A stretch of 64,000 nucleotides of DNA from an uncultured Acidimicrobiales bacterium (lineage in GTDB: Bacteria > Actinomycetota > Acidimicrobiia > Acidimicrobiales > SHLQ01). Position 1 is the stretch's first letter. Every line of letters begins with the position of its first letter. Location: assembly GCA_938084885.1 (NCBI GenBank), contig CALKGG010000081.1, positions 1,083 to 65,082 on the forward strand, given 5' to 3'. Below, piece after piece: positions 9,772 to 20,479 of this stretch. Position numbers and translations under genes: made by a program. The notes under the pieces are model-generated. The model saw only the letters and a program-made list of their open reading frames with translations. It was not told where the DNA came from and made no database searches.

Positions 9772-11604
9772 ATGGGCCCCGCAATTTTTGACGTTCCTCG
9801 CGTTTGGCTCGTGGCCGACGAAAGCCAGCTGCCGCTGACGATCGGCATCATTTTGAGCCTTGGCGTCGGCGGCCAGTGGCTTGCCAACCGCCTCCGTATA
9901 CCCGGCGTCTTGTTGCTCTTGACGGCAGGAATCTTGGTCGGGCCGGTCTTTAACGTCATCCACCCCGAGGAAGACTTCGGCAGCGAGGTGCTGTTCCCGG
10001 TCGTCGGCCTCGCGGTGGGCTTGTTGCTCTATGAGGGAGGGCTGGGCCTCAAGATCGACCGGTTGACCGAGGGCCGGTCGGTGATACTCCGGCTCGTCAC
10101 CGTCGGCGCGCTTGTCACGTGGTTAATTGGGTGGGGCGCCACAGCTGTGCTGTTCGATGTGAGCACCAGCGCCGCAGCGCTCATCGGCGCGATTCTGGTC
10201 GTGTCGGGCCCAACCGTCGTGATCCCGCTATTGCACTTGGCGCGTCCACGTGAACCAACGGGTTCGATCCTTCGCTGGGAGGGCATCGTGATCGACCCAG
10301 TCGGAGCGACGCTGGCCATCGTGGTGCTCGATGCCACCTTGAACGATTCGAACATGGGCGCTGCCGCGTTCCAGATTGGATTGACGCTCGGCGCTGGTGC
10401 GGTTGCTGGTGCGGTCGTTGCCGGGCTCGCACTTTGGGCGTTGCACAAGCATTGGGTGCCCGACCACCTCCTGAACCCGACACTTTTGGCCGCAGCGGTC
10501 GTGTCGTATGCGGCCGCGAATTTTATTGCTCCTGAAGCGGGGTTGATGGCCACGACGATGTTGGGGCTGATCTTGGCGAATCAGCATTTGGTGCCAAACC
10601 ATCAGCTCACGGCATTCAGCGAAGACGTCGGCCACCTCATCTTGGGCACGCTCTTCATTCTGCTTGGAGCGCTCGTGAACCTCGATGATCTGATCGGCGT
10701 GCTCCCCCGTGCACTAATTCTCATTGCCATCTTGGTGTTCGTTGCTCGACCAATCGCCGTCTGGATATCGACACTTGGTTCGGGCATGCGGCTAAACGAT
10801 CGACAGTTTTTGGCCTGGATGGCGCCACGGGGCATCGTTGCGGCGTCGGTCGCGACGGTGTTTTCGAACACCCTGATCGAGGAAGGCGCCGAGCCTGTCC
10901 CTGAGCTCGTCCCCATCGTGTTCGCCACGGTCATCGTGACTGTTGCGCTCTACGGCTTGACCTCGACGTGGGTCGCACGAAAGACCCGTGTTGCCAAGAT
11001 CGAGCCCAACGGCGTCGCCTTGGTTTCCAACAATCGGTTCGTTGTCGATCTCGCCGACCAACTCGCTTCGGCCGAGGTCCCCGTGCTCATCGTCTCGACG
11101 TCGACGACCGTTCAACGAGAGGCTTTTAGTCGAGGGCTTCTTGCCTATGACCGTCCGCTCGACAGCCATGATCTCGATCTCACGCTCGACGGCGTCGGGA
11201 TCGAGAAGGCGGTCATCATCACCGACGACGAGAACTTCGCCGCCCTGGCTGCTCATCATCTCGCCGAGCACCTCGGCCGGGCGAACCTGTTCCAGGTCAA
11301 GCCCGACCTCGACGACGACGACTTTGAGTTGCGAGGCCGCAACGCCTTCGGCGCGCTCAGCTACTACGGCTTGTCCGCTGGCGCCCGGGCCGGTGGTTTC
11401 CGCAAAGTCAACGGCGCTGAGCTGGACGTCAACGACCGTGCCCTGTTCGCACTTGGCGAGAACCACACCTGCACGCTCGTGAGTGAAATGCCCGATCCCA
11501 ACGCACAGGTCATCGCCGTTACTCCAGCGGTTGCGAAGAGCCGTCAGACCACTGACTCGAACGGCGATTTCGACGCCGAAGGCGGCACCGACCCGCGCCG
11601 ATAA
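9772..11604 (+). CDS. Cation:proton (Na+/H+) antiporter, CPA1-like, with a C-terminal cytoplasmic RCK/TrkA-like region
   Basis: About 400 aa of repeated hydrophobic helices. These are followed by a soluble domain (VALVSNNRFVVDLADQLASAEVPVLIVSTS...KAVIITDDENFAALAA). Confidence 0.8.
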   Translation: MGPAIFDVPRVWLVADESQLPLTIGIILSLGVGGQWLANRLRIPGVLLLLTAGILVGPVFNVIHPEEDFGSEVLFPVVGLAVGLLLYEGGLGLKIDRLTEGRSVILRLVTVGALVTWLIGWGATAVLFDVSTSAAALIGAILVVSGPTVVIPLLHLARPREPTGSILRWEGIVIDPVGATLAIVVLDATLNDSNMGAAAFQIGLTLGAGAVAGAVVAGLALWALHKHWVPDHLLNPTLLAAAVVSYAAANFIAPEAGLMATTMLGLILANQHLVPNHQLTAFSEDVGHLILGTLFILLGALVNLDDLIGVLPRALILIAILVFVARPIAVWISTLGSGMRLNDRQFLAWMAPRGIVAASVATVFSNTLIEEGAEPVPELVPIVFATVIVTVALYGLTSTWVARKTRVAKIEPNGVALVSNNRFVVDLADQLASAEVPVLIVSTSTTVQREAFSRGLLAYDRPLDSHDLDLTLDGVGIEKAVIITDDENFAALAAHHLAEHLGRANLFQVKPDLDDDDFELRGRNAFGALSYYGLSAGARAGGFRKVNGAELDVNDRALFALGENHTCTLVSEMPDPNAQVIAVTPAVAKSRQTTDSNGDFDAEGGTDPRR

Positions 11605-11647
11605 TCCGCTTCGCGGGGCGGCGTTCTTTCGGGCTAGCCTCAACGCC

Positions 11648-13321
<1,674 letters not shown>

Positions 13322-13341
13322 CGACGCCCGTTGGTGACTGC

Positions 13342-14160
13342 CTAGGCGCGAGCTGCGGCCATCACAATGTTGTCCTGGCCGCCGGGATTTCCATCGACTC
13401 CACGCAATGCGAGGCTCATCACCCCGTTGACAACGTCGAGTGGATCAAAGGCCGATTGCTTTGCGACCTCGTGGATGTGGCGAGTCTGCACCGAGGTTTC
13501 TTCGTGGCGATAGTGACAGCCGTCGATGCCATCGGTGTACATCAAGATGAGCTCGCCCGGTTGGGCGGCAAAGTGAAACTCGCCTCCGTGGCGTAGCGAT
13601 CCACGTTGGCGAGCGCTAACGAAGCGATTGTCGTGGGGATTGAGGCGTTTTGGCGTCCGGTCTGGGCCGGTAACGGCGATCGTCGAGTCGCCCCACGACA
13701 GGCCGAAACCCTTCCCCGTTGCACGGTCATAGGCCGCTACCAAGAGCGTCGTTTCCGACTCGGTGCGCGCCGGGTCACCCTGCCGCAGAAATTCGATCAT
13801 CTGTTGAAGGTGTTCGATGTTCTTTGGGCGAACCTTTGCCCAGATGTCGTGAAGCCGACGAATAAGCATGTGGCTCGACTCTGGCCCGTAGTGTGCGTCT
13901 GCGACCGCCATCCCAATCCAGTCGGATGCAACGATCATGCAGAGGGCGTCTTCGTTGTCGACGTCATAGTCGTACTTGAACTGTTTGCTCGGTGAGTCAG
14001 TGTCGGAGCCGACACTGATGCCAGCAGCGGCATCGGTACCGACACGGGTGGAACTGATGGTCCCGTATTTTCCATACTCCTCGCCGAGGAGGCGAAGGCG
14101 GCCAAGGCGCGAATCAGGCTCAGTCATGCGTGTGAGAGTGTAGATCGCAGGCCGCGGCAT
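13342..14160 (-). CDS. Divergent PP2C-like (SpoIIE/PPM fold) putative phosphatase
   Basis: PPM-like motif order: AVADAHYG (in place of DGxGG), WGDS, MYTDGIDG, GGQDNIV. GGTGG about 9 nt upstream of ATG 14160; an alternative ATG lies at 14127. Confidence 0.55.
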   Translation of the reverse strand: MPRPAIYTLTRMTEPDSRLGRLRLLGEEYGKYGTISSTRVGTDAAAGISVGSDTDSPSKQFKYDYDVDNEDALCMIVASDWIGMAVADAHYGPESSHMLIRRLHDIWAKVRPKNIEHLQQMIEFLRQGDPARTESETTLLVAAYDRATGKGFGLSWGDSTIAVTGPDRTPKRLNPHDNRFVSARQRGSLRHGGEFHFAAQPGELILMYTDGIDGCHYRHEETSVQTRHIHEVAKQSAFDPLDVVNGVMSLALRGVDGNPGGQDNIVMAAARA

Positions 14161-14206
14161 TGGTTAACCACCGGCTCGGACATACCAAGCTCGGTGGTCA
14201 CGACGG

Positions 14207-14458
14207 CTAGTCGATGGGCTTGCCGAAGGGCTGCTTTGCCTCTTTGTAGCATTCGGCGTGGAAGTGCTCGACGCGAAGCCACTGGTTCTTTTCGTACACG
14301 TTGCAGATGACCTGCTGGTGACGCATCTTTGCCTGAAACTTGACTCGTTCGTCGCAGTGCATGCAGTCGACCTGACTGCCTGGTTCGACGAGTCGGGTCA
14401 CCGCACGGCTTACCTTCTTGATCTTTACGGGTTTGCCAGTTGCTGCAGTCTTTGCCAT
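14207..14458 (-). CDS. Small basic Cys/His-rich protein (83 aa), possibly zinc-binding, function unknown
   Basis: Translation MAKTAATGKPVKIKKVSRAVTRLVEPGSQVDCMHCDE...VICNVYEKNQWLRVEHFHAECYKEAKQPFGKPID, containing CxxC plus HxHxxC. High GC3 in the C-terminal two thirds. The ORF could extend to a GTG at 14545. Confidence 0.45.
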   Translation of the reverse strand: MAKTAATGKPVKIKKVSRAVTRLVEPGSQVDCMHCDERVKFQAKMRHQQVICNVYEKNQWLRVEHFHAECYKEAKQPFGKPID

Positions 14459-14608
14459 AGCAACCAATCGGCTTTTCTCGGCCCGAATAAAGGTCCCGGC
14501 ACCCAAATTGGGCACATCGGCCCACCAAATTTTCGGTCGCTCCACCGCGGGTCGTACCTTTTCCCGAAAAGGGGTCAGGACACGTTACGTTTCGCAATAT
14601 TTGCGGGC

Positions 14609-15196
14609 TTAGGCCTTGAGCATCGAGAGGACCATTTCGGCCATCACTGCGGGAGCGCCCATGTCCGGGCTGAGCACCAGATCCGGATCGACGGGAGCTT
14701 CATACGGATCGGAGATCCCGGTGAAATTCTCGATCTTTCCCTCTCTGGCCAACTTGTACAGCCCCTTTGGGTCACGCTCCTCGGCGGTCTCCAACGGCGT
14801 ATCCATGAAGACCTCAAAGAACGGCACATTGGCTGCCTTGTGAATCTCACGGGCACGCTCACGCCCCGCCCGATACGGGCTGACGAGAGGAACGAGCGCC
14901 ACAACGCCAGCATCAGCGAACAGCCGAGCCACTTCGCTCACACGACGAACATTCTCATTTCGATCGTCGGTCGTGAAACCGAGATCAGCGTTGATGCCAT
15001 GACGAAGGTTGTCACCGTCGAGCATGTAGGTCGGCTGCTTCTGTTCGACCAACAAACGCTCTACCTCGACAGCAACCGTCGACTTGCCCGACCCGGACAA
15101 ACCAGTGAACCAAATGGTCGCACCGGAAAGTCCGAGATGGGCCCAGCGTTCTGACCGGTCGAAATGACCGGCATGCCAAACAACGTTCTCCGTCAC
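14609..15196 (-). CDS. cysC: Adenylylsulfate (APS) kinase
   Basis: P-loop GLSGSGKST. Typical APS-kinase length. Lies directly downstream of cysN. Confidence 0.9.
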   Translation of the reverse strand: MTENVVWHAGHFDRSERWAHLGLSGATIWFTGLSGSGKSTVAVEVERLLVEQKQPTYMLDGDNLRHGINADLGFTTDDRNENVRRVSEVARLFADAGVVALVPLVSPYRAGRERAREIHKAANVPFFEVFMDTPLETAEERDPKGLYKLAREGKIENFTGISDPYEAPVDPDLVLSPDMGAPAVMAEMVLSMLKA

Positions 15197-15199
15197 GAG

Positions 15200-16459
15200 T
15201 TATCCGGCCGACTCGCCGAGAATCATGCCAGCAGCAACCGTGCTGTTCGTTGCCTCATCGATGAGCACGAAACTTCCGGTCTCCCGGTTGCGGCGATACT
15301 CGTCAACAAAGAGCGGCAACGTCGAACGGAAGCTGATCCGGCCAATCTCGTTCAACGAGATCTCGGTCGCTTCCTCGTCGCGGTGCAACGTATTGATGTC
15401 GAGTCGATAGTTGATGTCCTTGATCATCACGCGCCCAGCTCGGGTCGTGTGCTTGATCGAGTACTTCTTGCGAGGCGACAGCGACTGCGTCTCGTCCATC
15501 CAACAGACCATCGCGTCGATATCTTGCGAGACAATCGGCTGGTTGTTCGGACGACAAATCATGTCACCACGGCTGATATCGATCTCGTCGTTCAAACGAA
15601 CCGTGACCGCCATCGGCGCAAACGCCTCGTCGACAGGACCCTCGAGAGTGTCGATCGACTTGATGGTGGACTCAAAACCGCTCGGCAGCACAACAACGTC
15701 GTCGCCAGGCTTCAAGACGCCACCGGCGACCGTTCCGGCATAACCCCGGTAGTCATGGTATTCATCGTTCATTGGACGAATGACGTACTGGACAGGGAAA
15801 CGAACGTCGACCATGTTGCGGTCAGAGGCAGTGTGCAACGTCTCGAGATGACTCAACAGCGTTGGGCCGTCGTACCAGTCCATGTTCGTTGACTTGTCCA
15901 CCACGTTGTCGCCTGCAAGTGCTGAAACCGGGATAAACGACAGGTCAGGGACGTCGAGGCGCATTGCAAACTCGCGGAACTCTTCGCGAACCTCGTCAAA
16001 GGTCTCCTCGGAGTAGTCGACCAAGTCCATCTTGTTCACACAAACCACAATGTGAGGAATGCGCAACAGCGATGCAATGAAGCTGTGGCGACGGCTCTGC
16101 TCGATGACGCCGTTACGTGCGTCGATCAAGATGAGTGCGACGTCGGCTGTCGACGCACCGGTGACCATGTTGCGGGTGTACTGAATGTGACCGGGAGTAT
16201 CGGCGATGATGAACTTGCGCTTCGGCGTTGCGAAGTAGCGGTAGGCCACATCGATCGTGATGCCCTGCTCGCGTTCAGCGCGGAGGCCGTCGGTGAGTAG
16301 CGACAAGTCCATCTCCATGCCACGCTTCTCCGAAGCTTTGGCGGTGGACTCGAGTTGGTCCTCGAAAATTGCTTTTGAATCATAGAGAAGGCGGCCGATG
16401 AGCGTCGACTTGCCGTCATCTACAGAGCCTGCCGTAGCGAAGCGAAGAATCTCTGACAT
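15200..16459 (-). CDS. cysN: Sulfate adenylyltransferase subunit 1 (GTPase)
   Basis: G1 motif GSVDDGKSTLIGRLL, DTPGH, NKMD. The start overlaps the cysD stop (TAATG). Confidence 0.9.
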   Translation of the reverse strand: MSEILRFATAGSVDDGKSTLIGRLLYDSKAIFEDQLESTAKASEKRGMEMDLSLLTDGLRAEREQGITIDVAYRYFATPKRKFIIADTPGHIQYTRNMVTGASTADVALILIDARNGVIEQSRRHSFIASLLRIPHIVVCVNKMDLVDYSEETFDEVREEFREFAMRLDVPDLSFIPVSALAGDNVVDKSTNMDWYDGPTLLSHLETLHTASDRNMVDVRFPVQYVIRPMNDEYHDYRGYAGTVAGGVLKPGDDVVVLPSGFESTIKSIDTLEGPVDEAFAPMAVTVRLNDEIDISRGDMICRPNNQPIVSQDIDAMVCWMDETQSLSPRKKYSIKHTTRAGRVMIKDINYRLDINTLHRDEEATEISLNEIGRISFRSTLPLFVDEYRRNRETGSFVLIDEATNSTVAAGMILGESAG

Positions 16460-17364
16460 TAGAAGTAGCCCTCTTTCTTACGGTCTTCCATTGCGGCCTC
16501 TGACGAACGATCGTCAGCTCGGGTTGCGCCACGTTCGGTCTTGCGGGTGGCTGCCACCTCGGCAATGATTTTCTCGACGGTGTCGGCGTCGGACTCGACT
16601 GCACCGGTAATGGTCATGTCGCCGACGGTGCGGTACCGGACGGTCTCTTCGAAATACTCTTCGCCGTCCATAAGGTCGACCCATTCGCTCTTTGCGAGGA
16701 GCATGCCGTCGCGTTCGAACACGGTGCGCTGGTGCGAGAAGTAGATCTCTGGGATAGCGACATCGTCGTGGGCGATGTACTGCCAGATGTCGAGCTCGGT
16801 CCAGTTCGAGATTGGGAAGACACGGATGTGCTCGCCCATCTTGATACGACCGTTGTAAAGGCTCCAGAGCTCAGGGCGCTGGGCCTTAGGATCCCACTGA
16901 CCAAAGTCGTCACGGAACGAGTAGACGCGCTCTTTCGCACGAGCCTTCTCCTCATCACGACGGGCTCCGCCGAACAGTGCGTCAAACTTATGCGTTTCAA
17001 TGGCATCGAGCAGCGTCGGAATCTGCTGACGATTTCGCGAAGCACGGGGGCCGGTCTCGTCGGTGGCGATGCCGCTATCGACCGCGTCCTGCACCGATGC
17101 AACGATCAGTTTGATACCAAGCTCTTCGGAGCGGCGATCGCGAAAGTTGATCACCTCGGGGAAGTTGTGACCGGTATCGATGTGCAACATCGGGAACGGG
17201 ATCTTCGCCGGATGAAACGCCTTCTCTGCGAGGCGAAGCATCACGATCGAATCCTTACCCCCAGAGAACATTAGGGCTGGATTTTCGAACTCTGCGGCGA
17301 CCTCACGCATAATGTGAATGGACTCCGCTTCGAGTTCCCTCAAATGGGACAGCTCGTAAGACAT
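16459..17364 (-). CDS. cysD: Sulfate adenylyltransferase subunit 2
   Basis: PP-loop SGGKDSIVML. GAGGAG about 12 nt upstream of the ATG. Confidence 0.9.
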   Translation of the reverse strand: MSYELSHLRELEAESIHIMREVAAEFENPALMFSGGKDSIVMLRLAEKAFHPAKIPFPMLHIDTGHNFPEVINFRDRRSEELGIKLIVASVQDAVDSGIATDETGPRASRNRQQIPTLLDAIETHKFDALFGGARRDEEKARAKERVYSFRDDFGQWDPKAQRPELWSLYNGRIKMGEHIRVFPISNWTELDIWQYIAHDDVAIPEIYFSHQRTVFERDGMLLAKSEWVDLMDGEEYFEETVRYRTVGDMTITGAVESDADTVEKIIAEVAATRKTERGATRADDRSSEAAMEDRKKEGYF

Positions 17365-17406
17365 GATGTGCGCTTACTCCTCTACAGCGTTTCTTCAGTA
17401 AGTGCA

Positions 17407-17418
17407 TCGGCATGCCGA
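17407..17418. promoter_or_regulatory. Perfect 12-bp palindrome TCGGCATGCCGA in the divergent cysD/cysQ intergenic region (candidate operator)
   Basis: Read directly from the sequence. It sits in the lower-GC 126-bp region between the cysD start (17364) and the cysQ start (17491). Confidence 0.3.
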
Positions 17419-17490
17419 CACATATCCTGAGCGCTCAATGTTGATCTCTATCAAATTCCGCCGAACCGAAAGTGTAGATCGCAACCTCCC

Positions 17491-18255
17491 ATGAAATCTG
17501 TGACTCCTGACGACCATCTCGAAGCCGCCCGCATCGCCACCGCAGCGGGTGATCTTTTGCTCTCCATTCGCGACGAAATGGCAGCTCGCGGCGCTGACTC
17601 GAAAGAAATGAAGGACGAGGGCGACCGTTTGTCGCACGAATTCATCATGGAGGAACTCCGTCGGGTCCGGCCCGACGACGCAATCCTCTCCGAAGAAGGC
17701 AAGGACGGACACGAACGTTTGTCAGCTGACCGCACCTGGATTGTCGATCCCGTCGACGGCACTCGCGAGTTCTCCGAACCGCCGCGCACCGATTGGGCTG
17801 TCCACGTTGCGATGGTGATCAACGGCGAACCAGTCGTTGGAGCAGTGGCCTTACCGGGCCTCGGTATCACCTTGTCCACTGCTGACCCCGTTCAGATGCC
17901 AGAGACCGGCGCTACTCCCCCACGCATGATCGTGAGCCGCAGCCGTCCACCGGCAGCAGCGCTCGCCGTCGCCGAACAGCTCGGAGCCGAACTCGTCGAG
18001 ATGGGTTCCGCTGGAGCAAAGGCCATGTCGGTCGTGCGCGGTGAATCAGAAATGTATGCCCACTCCGGCGGCCAATACGAATGGGATTCGTGCGCGCCGG
18101 TGGCCGTTGCCCTCGCAGCAGGGCTTCATTGCAGTCGCATCGACGGCAGCCCGCTGACCTACAACCACGAAGACCCGTACCTGCCCGATCTGCTTATCTG
18201 TCGCCCCGAGCACAAAGATGCTGCCCTAGCGGCGCTCGCCGATGTCGAGCACTGA
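17491..18255 (+). CDS. cysQ: 3'(2'),5'-bisphosphate nucleotidase (IMPase family)
   Basis: IMPase motifs WIVDPVDGTREF and SEEG. Divergent from cysDNC. No obvious SD, so the start is approximate. Confidence 0.8.
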   Translation: MKSVTPDDHLEAARIATAAGDLLLSIRDEMAARGADSKEMKDEGDRLSHEFIMEELRRVRPDDAILSEEGKDGHERLSADRTWIVDPVDGTREFSEPPRTDWAVHVAMVINGEPVVGAVALPGLGITLSTADPVQMPETGATPPRMIVSRSRPPAAALAVAEQLGAELVEMGSAGAKAMSVVRGESEMYAHSGGQYEWDSCAPVAVALAAGLHCSRIDGSPLTYNHEDPYLPDLLICRPEHKDAALAALADVEH

Positions 18256-18334
18256 ATCGCGTCTAGCAAGATCCACAGTGGCTCGCCGGCAACACGGGCA
18301 TTGCGGTGTGAACTGCGCATGGGTGGCGATGTTC

Positions 18335-18358
18335 GGGTTGTGATCAGCACAAGCTTTT
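18335..18358 (+). terminator. Weak intrinsic-terminator-like hairpin plus T-tract downstream of cysQ
   Basis: GGTTGTG-ATCAG-CACAAGC followed by TTTTT. The stem is short and has one mismatch. Confidence 0.35.
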
Positions 18359-18450
18359 TCGATTCGGGCTGTTTGCCTCATGAAACGAACTTTTCAGGAA
18401 CCGACACTACAAAGACGCAATCAATGTGACCGCGGGCATACGATAGCGGC

Positions 18451-18499
18451 GTGATCAACGGCGATCACGAATTACATCAAGGCGATCAACGGCGATCGC
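18451..18499 (+). promoter_or_regulatory. Two copies of a palindrome (GTGATC-AACGGC-GATCAC and GCGATC-AACGGC-GATCGC), 31 nt apart, just upstream of the gdh RBS
   Basis: The 14-mer GATCAACGGCGATC occurs at 18453-18466 and 18484-18497. The second copy ends 3 nt before GAGGTG (18503-18508). The ATG is at 18515. Confidence 0.35.
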
Positions 18500-18514
18500 T
18501 CGAGGTGACACAAC

Positions 18515-19801
18515 ATGCCTACTAGACGATCCACCGACGGAACTGCAGGAGAGCGCCTGTTCGAAACAGCGCTCGAACAGTTCGATGCTGCTGCTGATTT
18601 GGTTGCACTTCCCGAGCGGACACGATCAATACTTCGAACACCGAAGAACGAGATCATCGTCAACTTCCCCGTCGAGATGGACAGCGGAGAGATTCGTATC
18701 TTCCGTGGTTATCGGGTCCAGCACAACGACATCCTCGGCCCGTACAAGGGCGGCCTCCGGTTCGCTCCCTACGTCGACCTTGGTGAAGTGAAAGCTCTCG
18801 CCATGTGGATGACGTGGAAGACCTCGCTGTCGGGCGTGCCATTCGGCGGCGCCAAAGGCGGCATCTCCTTCGATCCACGCGAACACAGTCGCGGAGAGAA
18901 CGAACGCATCGTCCGTCGTTTCACTCACGCACTCGGCGCAAATATTGGTCCCGAGTACGACATCCCCGCACCCGATGTTGGTTCCAACGCCCAGTCGATG
19001 GTGTGGATGATGGACACCTACCTGAACGCTGGCTCGAGCACCGATCGGCAGAACACTCGCCGAGTCGTCACCGGCAAAACCATCGAAACCGGTGGATCGC
19101 TCGGCCGTGACAAGGCAACTGGTCAAGGCGCTGCGTTCGTCTTGGCTCACCACTACGAACAAATCAACCGAGATCTCCGAGGGCAAACGTGTGCGATCCA
19201 AGGCTTCGGTAACGTCGGCGAGCATAGCGCTCGAGCAATGGCACGCATGGGTGTCAAGATGACCCATGTCGCCGATCACACCGGCGCAATCGCGAACACG
19301 GCAGGAATCGATCCCGAGGCGCTCTGGCGCCATACCCACGAAGCGGGTGGCGTTGCTGGCTTTGACGATGCCGAAGTGATCGATGTCGAAGAGTTCTTCG
19401 CAGCCGATGTGGACATCCTCGTACCCGCCGCAATCGAAAACCAAATCACCGAGGCACGTGCCCCCCACGTGCGGGCGTCGGTGATTCTCGAAGGCGCAAA
19501 CGGCCCAACGAGCGTCGAAGGCGAACGCATCCTTATCGACCGAGGCATCGAAATACTTCCCGATGTCCTCGCCAACGCCGGTGGTGTGATCGTCAGCTAC
19601 TTCGAATGGCTCCAAAACAAGATGAGTTCGAAGTGGCGACTGAACGAAGTTGACGACGAACTCCGCCGATATCTCTGGGAAGCCGCCGACGGTATCGAAG
19701 CCGAAAAGAAGCGACTTGCGTGCACCCGCCGAGAAGCCGCATACGCGGTTGCGCTAAAGCGCATCGGCACGGTCTTCGATCAGCGTGGGATCTGGCCGTA
19801 A
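18515..19801 (+). CDS. gdhA: Glutamate dehydrogenase (Glu/Leu/Phe/Val dehydrogenase family)
   Basis: YKGGLRF and catalytic-lysine motif PFGGAKGGISF. Rossmann motif QGFGNVG. Confidence 0.9.
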   Translation: MPTRRSTDGTAGERLFETALEQFDAAADLVALPERTRSILRTPKNEIIVNFPVEMDSGEIRIFRGYRVQHNDILGPYKGGLRFAPYVDLGEVKALAMWMTWKTSLSGVPFGGAKGGISFDPREHSRGENERIVRRFTHALGANIGPEYDIPAPDVGSNAQSMVWMMDTYLNAGSSTDRQNTRRVVTGKTIETGGSLGRDKATGQGAAFVLAHHYEQINRDLRGQTCAIQGFGNVGEHSARAMARMGVKMTHVADHTGAIANTAGIDPEALWRHTHEAGGVAGFDDAEVIDVEEFFAADVDILVPAAIENQITEARAPHVRASVILEGANGPTSVEGERILIDRGIEILPDVLANAGGVIVSYFEWLQNKMSSKWRLNEVDDELRRYLWEAADGIEAEKKRLACTRREAAYAVALKRIGTVFDQRGIWP

Positions 19802-19867
19802 AGCCAACAGCTCGGCTGGCGTTAACGTGACACGTGGGGTCAGACCCCGAAGCACACTTTCGCTGGC

Positions 19868-20479
19868 TTAGAGCCAGGCAGAAAGTTCTTCTTTACGGAG
19901 TTGCCAGTCTTCGCTAGTGATGGCGTAGCGCAAGTGATCTTCCCACGTGCCATTGATCTCGAGGTAACGCTCCGCCATCCCCTCGAGACGCAAACCGAGC
20001 TTTTCGACAACACGACGTGACGGCTTGTTGCGCGGAATGATCGCAATCTGCAAACGGTGCAGGCGAAGCTCCTCAAAGGCAAAGCGCATTGCTACCACAA
20101 GCGCCTCGGGGGTGTACTCGCGTCCAGCGAAACGCTGGTCGATCCAGTAGCCCACGTACGCATTCTGGAATGGCCCCCGCTGGATTGCGGACACGTTCAT
20201 CTCACCAACAAGCTGATTTTGGACGAACACACCAAAGCCATACCCTGTCCCCAACTGACGTTCGCGTTGACGGGCGGCGCAGCGAGAGGCGAACGCCTGA
20301 CGATTCTTGACCACGTCGGGTTGGCCCGAGATGCGTGCCGGCTCCCACTTGGTGAGCCACTCTTCGTTCACCGTCCGGACCTCGCGCCACTGCCCAAAGT
20401 CATCGGCGATCAGTGATCGCAGCACGAGGCGTCGTCCAACGAGGGGAACCGAGCCCGGTTCTGGAGCGGACGAAATCAT
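19868..20479 (-). CDS. GNAT N-acetyltransferase (RimJ/RimL-like)
   Basis: GNAT core (VGYWIDQRFAGREYTPEALVVAMRFAFEEL.LHRLQIAIIPRN). 4-nt overlap with the ppx stop. Confidence 0.8.
   Translation of the reverse strand: MISSAPEPGSVPLVGRRLVLRSLIADDFGQWREVRTVNEEWLTKWEPARISGQPDVVKNRQAFASRCAARQRERQLGTGYGFGVFVQNQLVGEMNVSAIQRGPFQNAYVGYWIDQRFAGREYTPEALVVAMRFAFEELRLHRLQIAIIPRNKPSRRVVEKLGLRLEGMAERYLEINGTWEDHLRYAITSEDWQLRKEELSAWL

Noticed and set aside
11483-11647. EttA ORF extension overlapping the 3' end of the antiporter gene.
   Set aside because: The conserved EttA N-terminus (MSAQYIYTM) starts at ATG 11648. The extension is Arg/Pro/Ala-rich.
14557-14572. Hairpin CCTTTT-CCCG-AAAAGG downstream of cysC as a possible terminator.
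   Set aside because: The stem is a weak 6-bp, AT-rich one with no U-tract on the transcribed (minus) strand. It may also lie inside the N-terminal extension of the small ORF.
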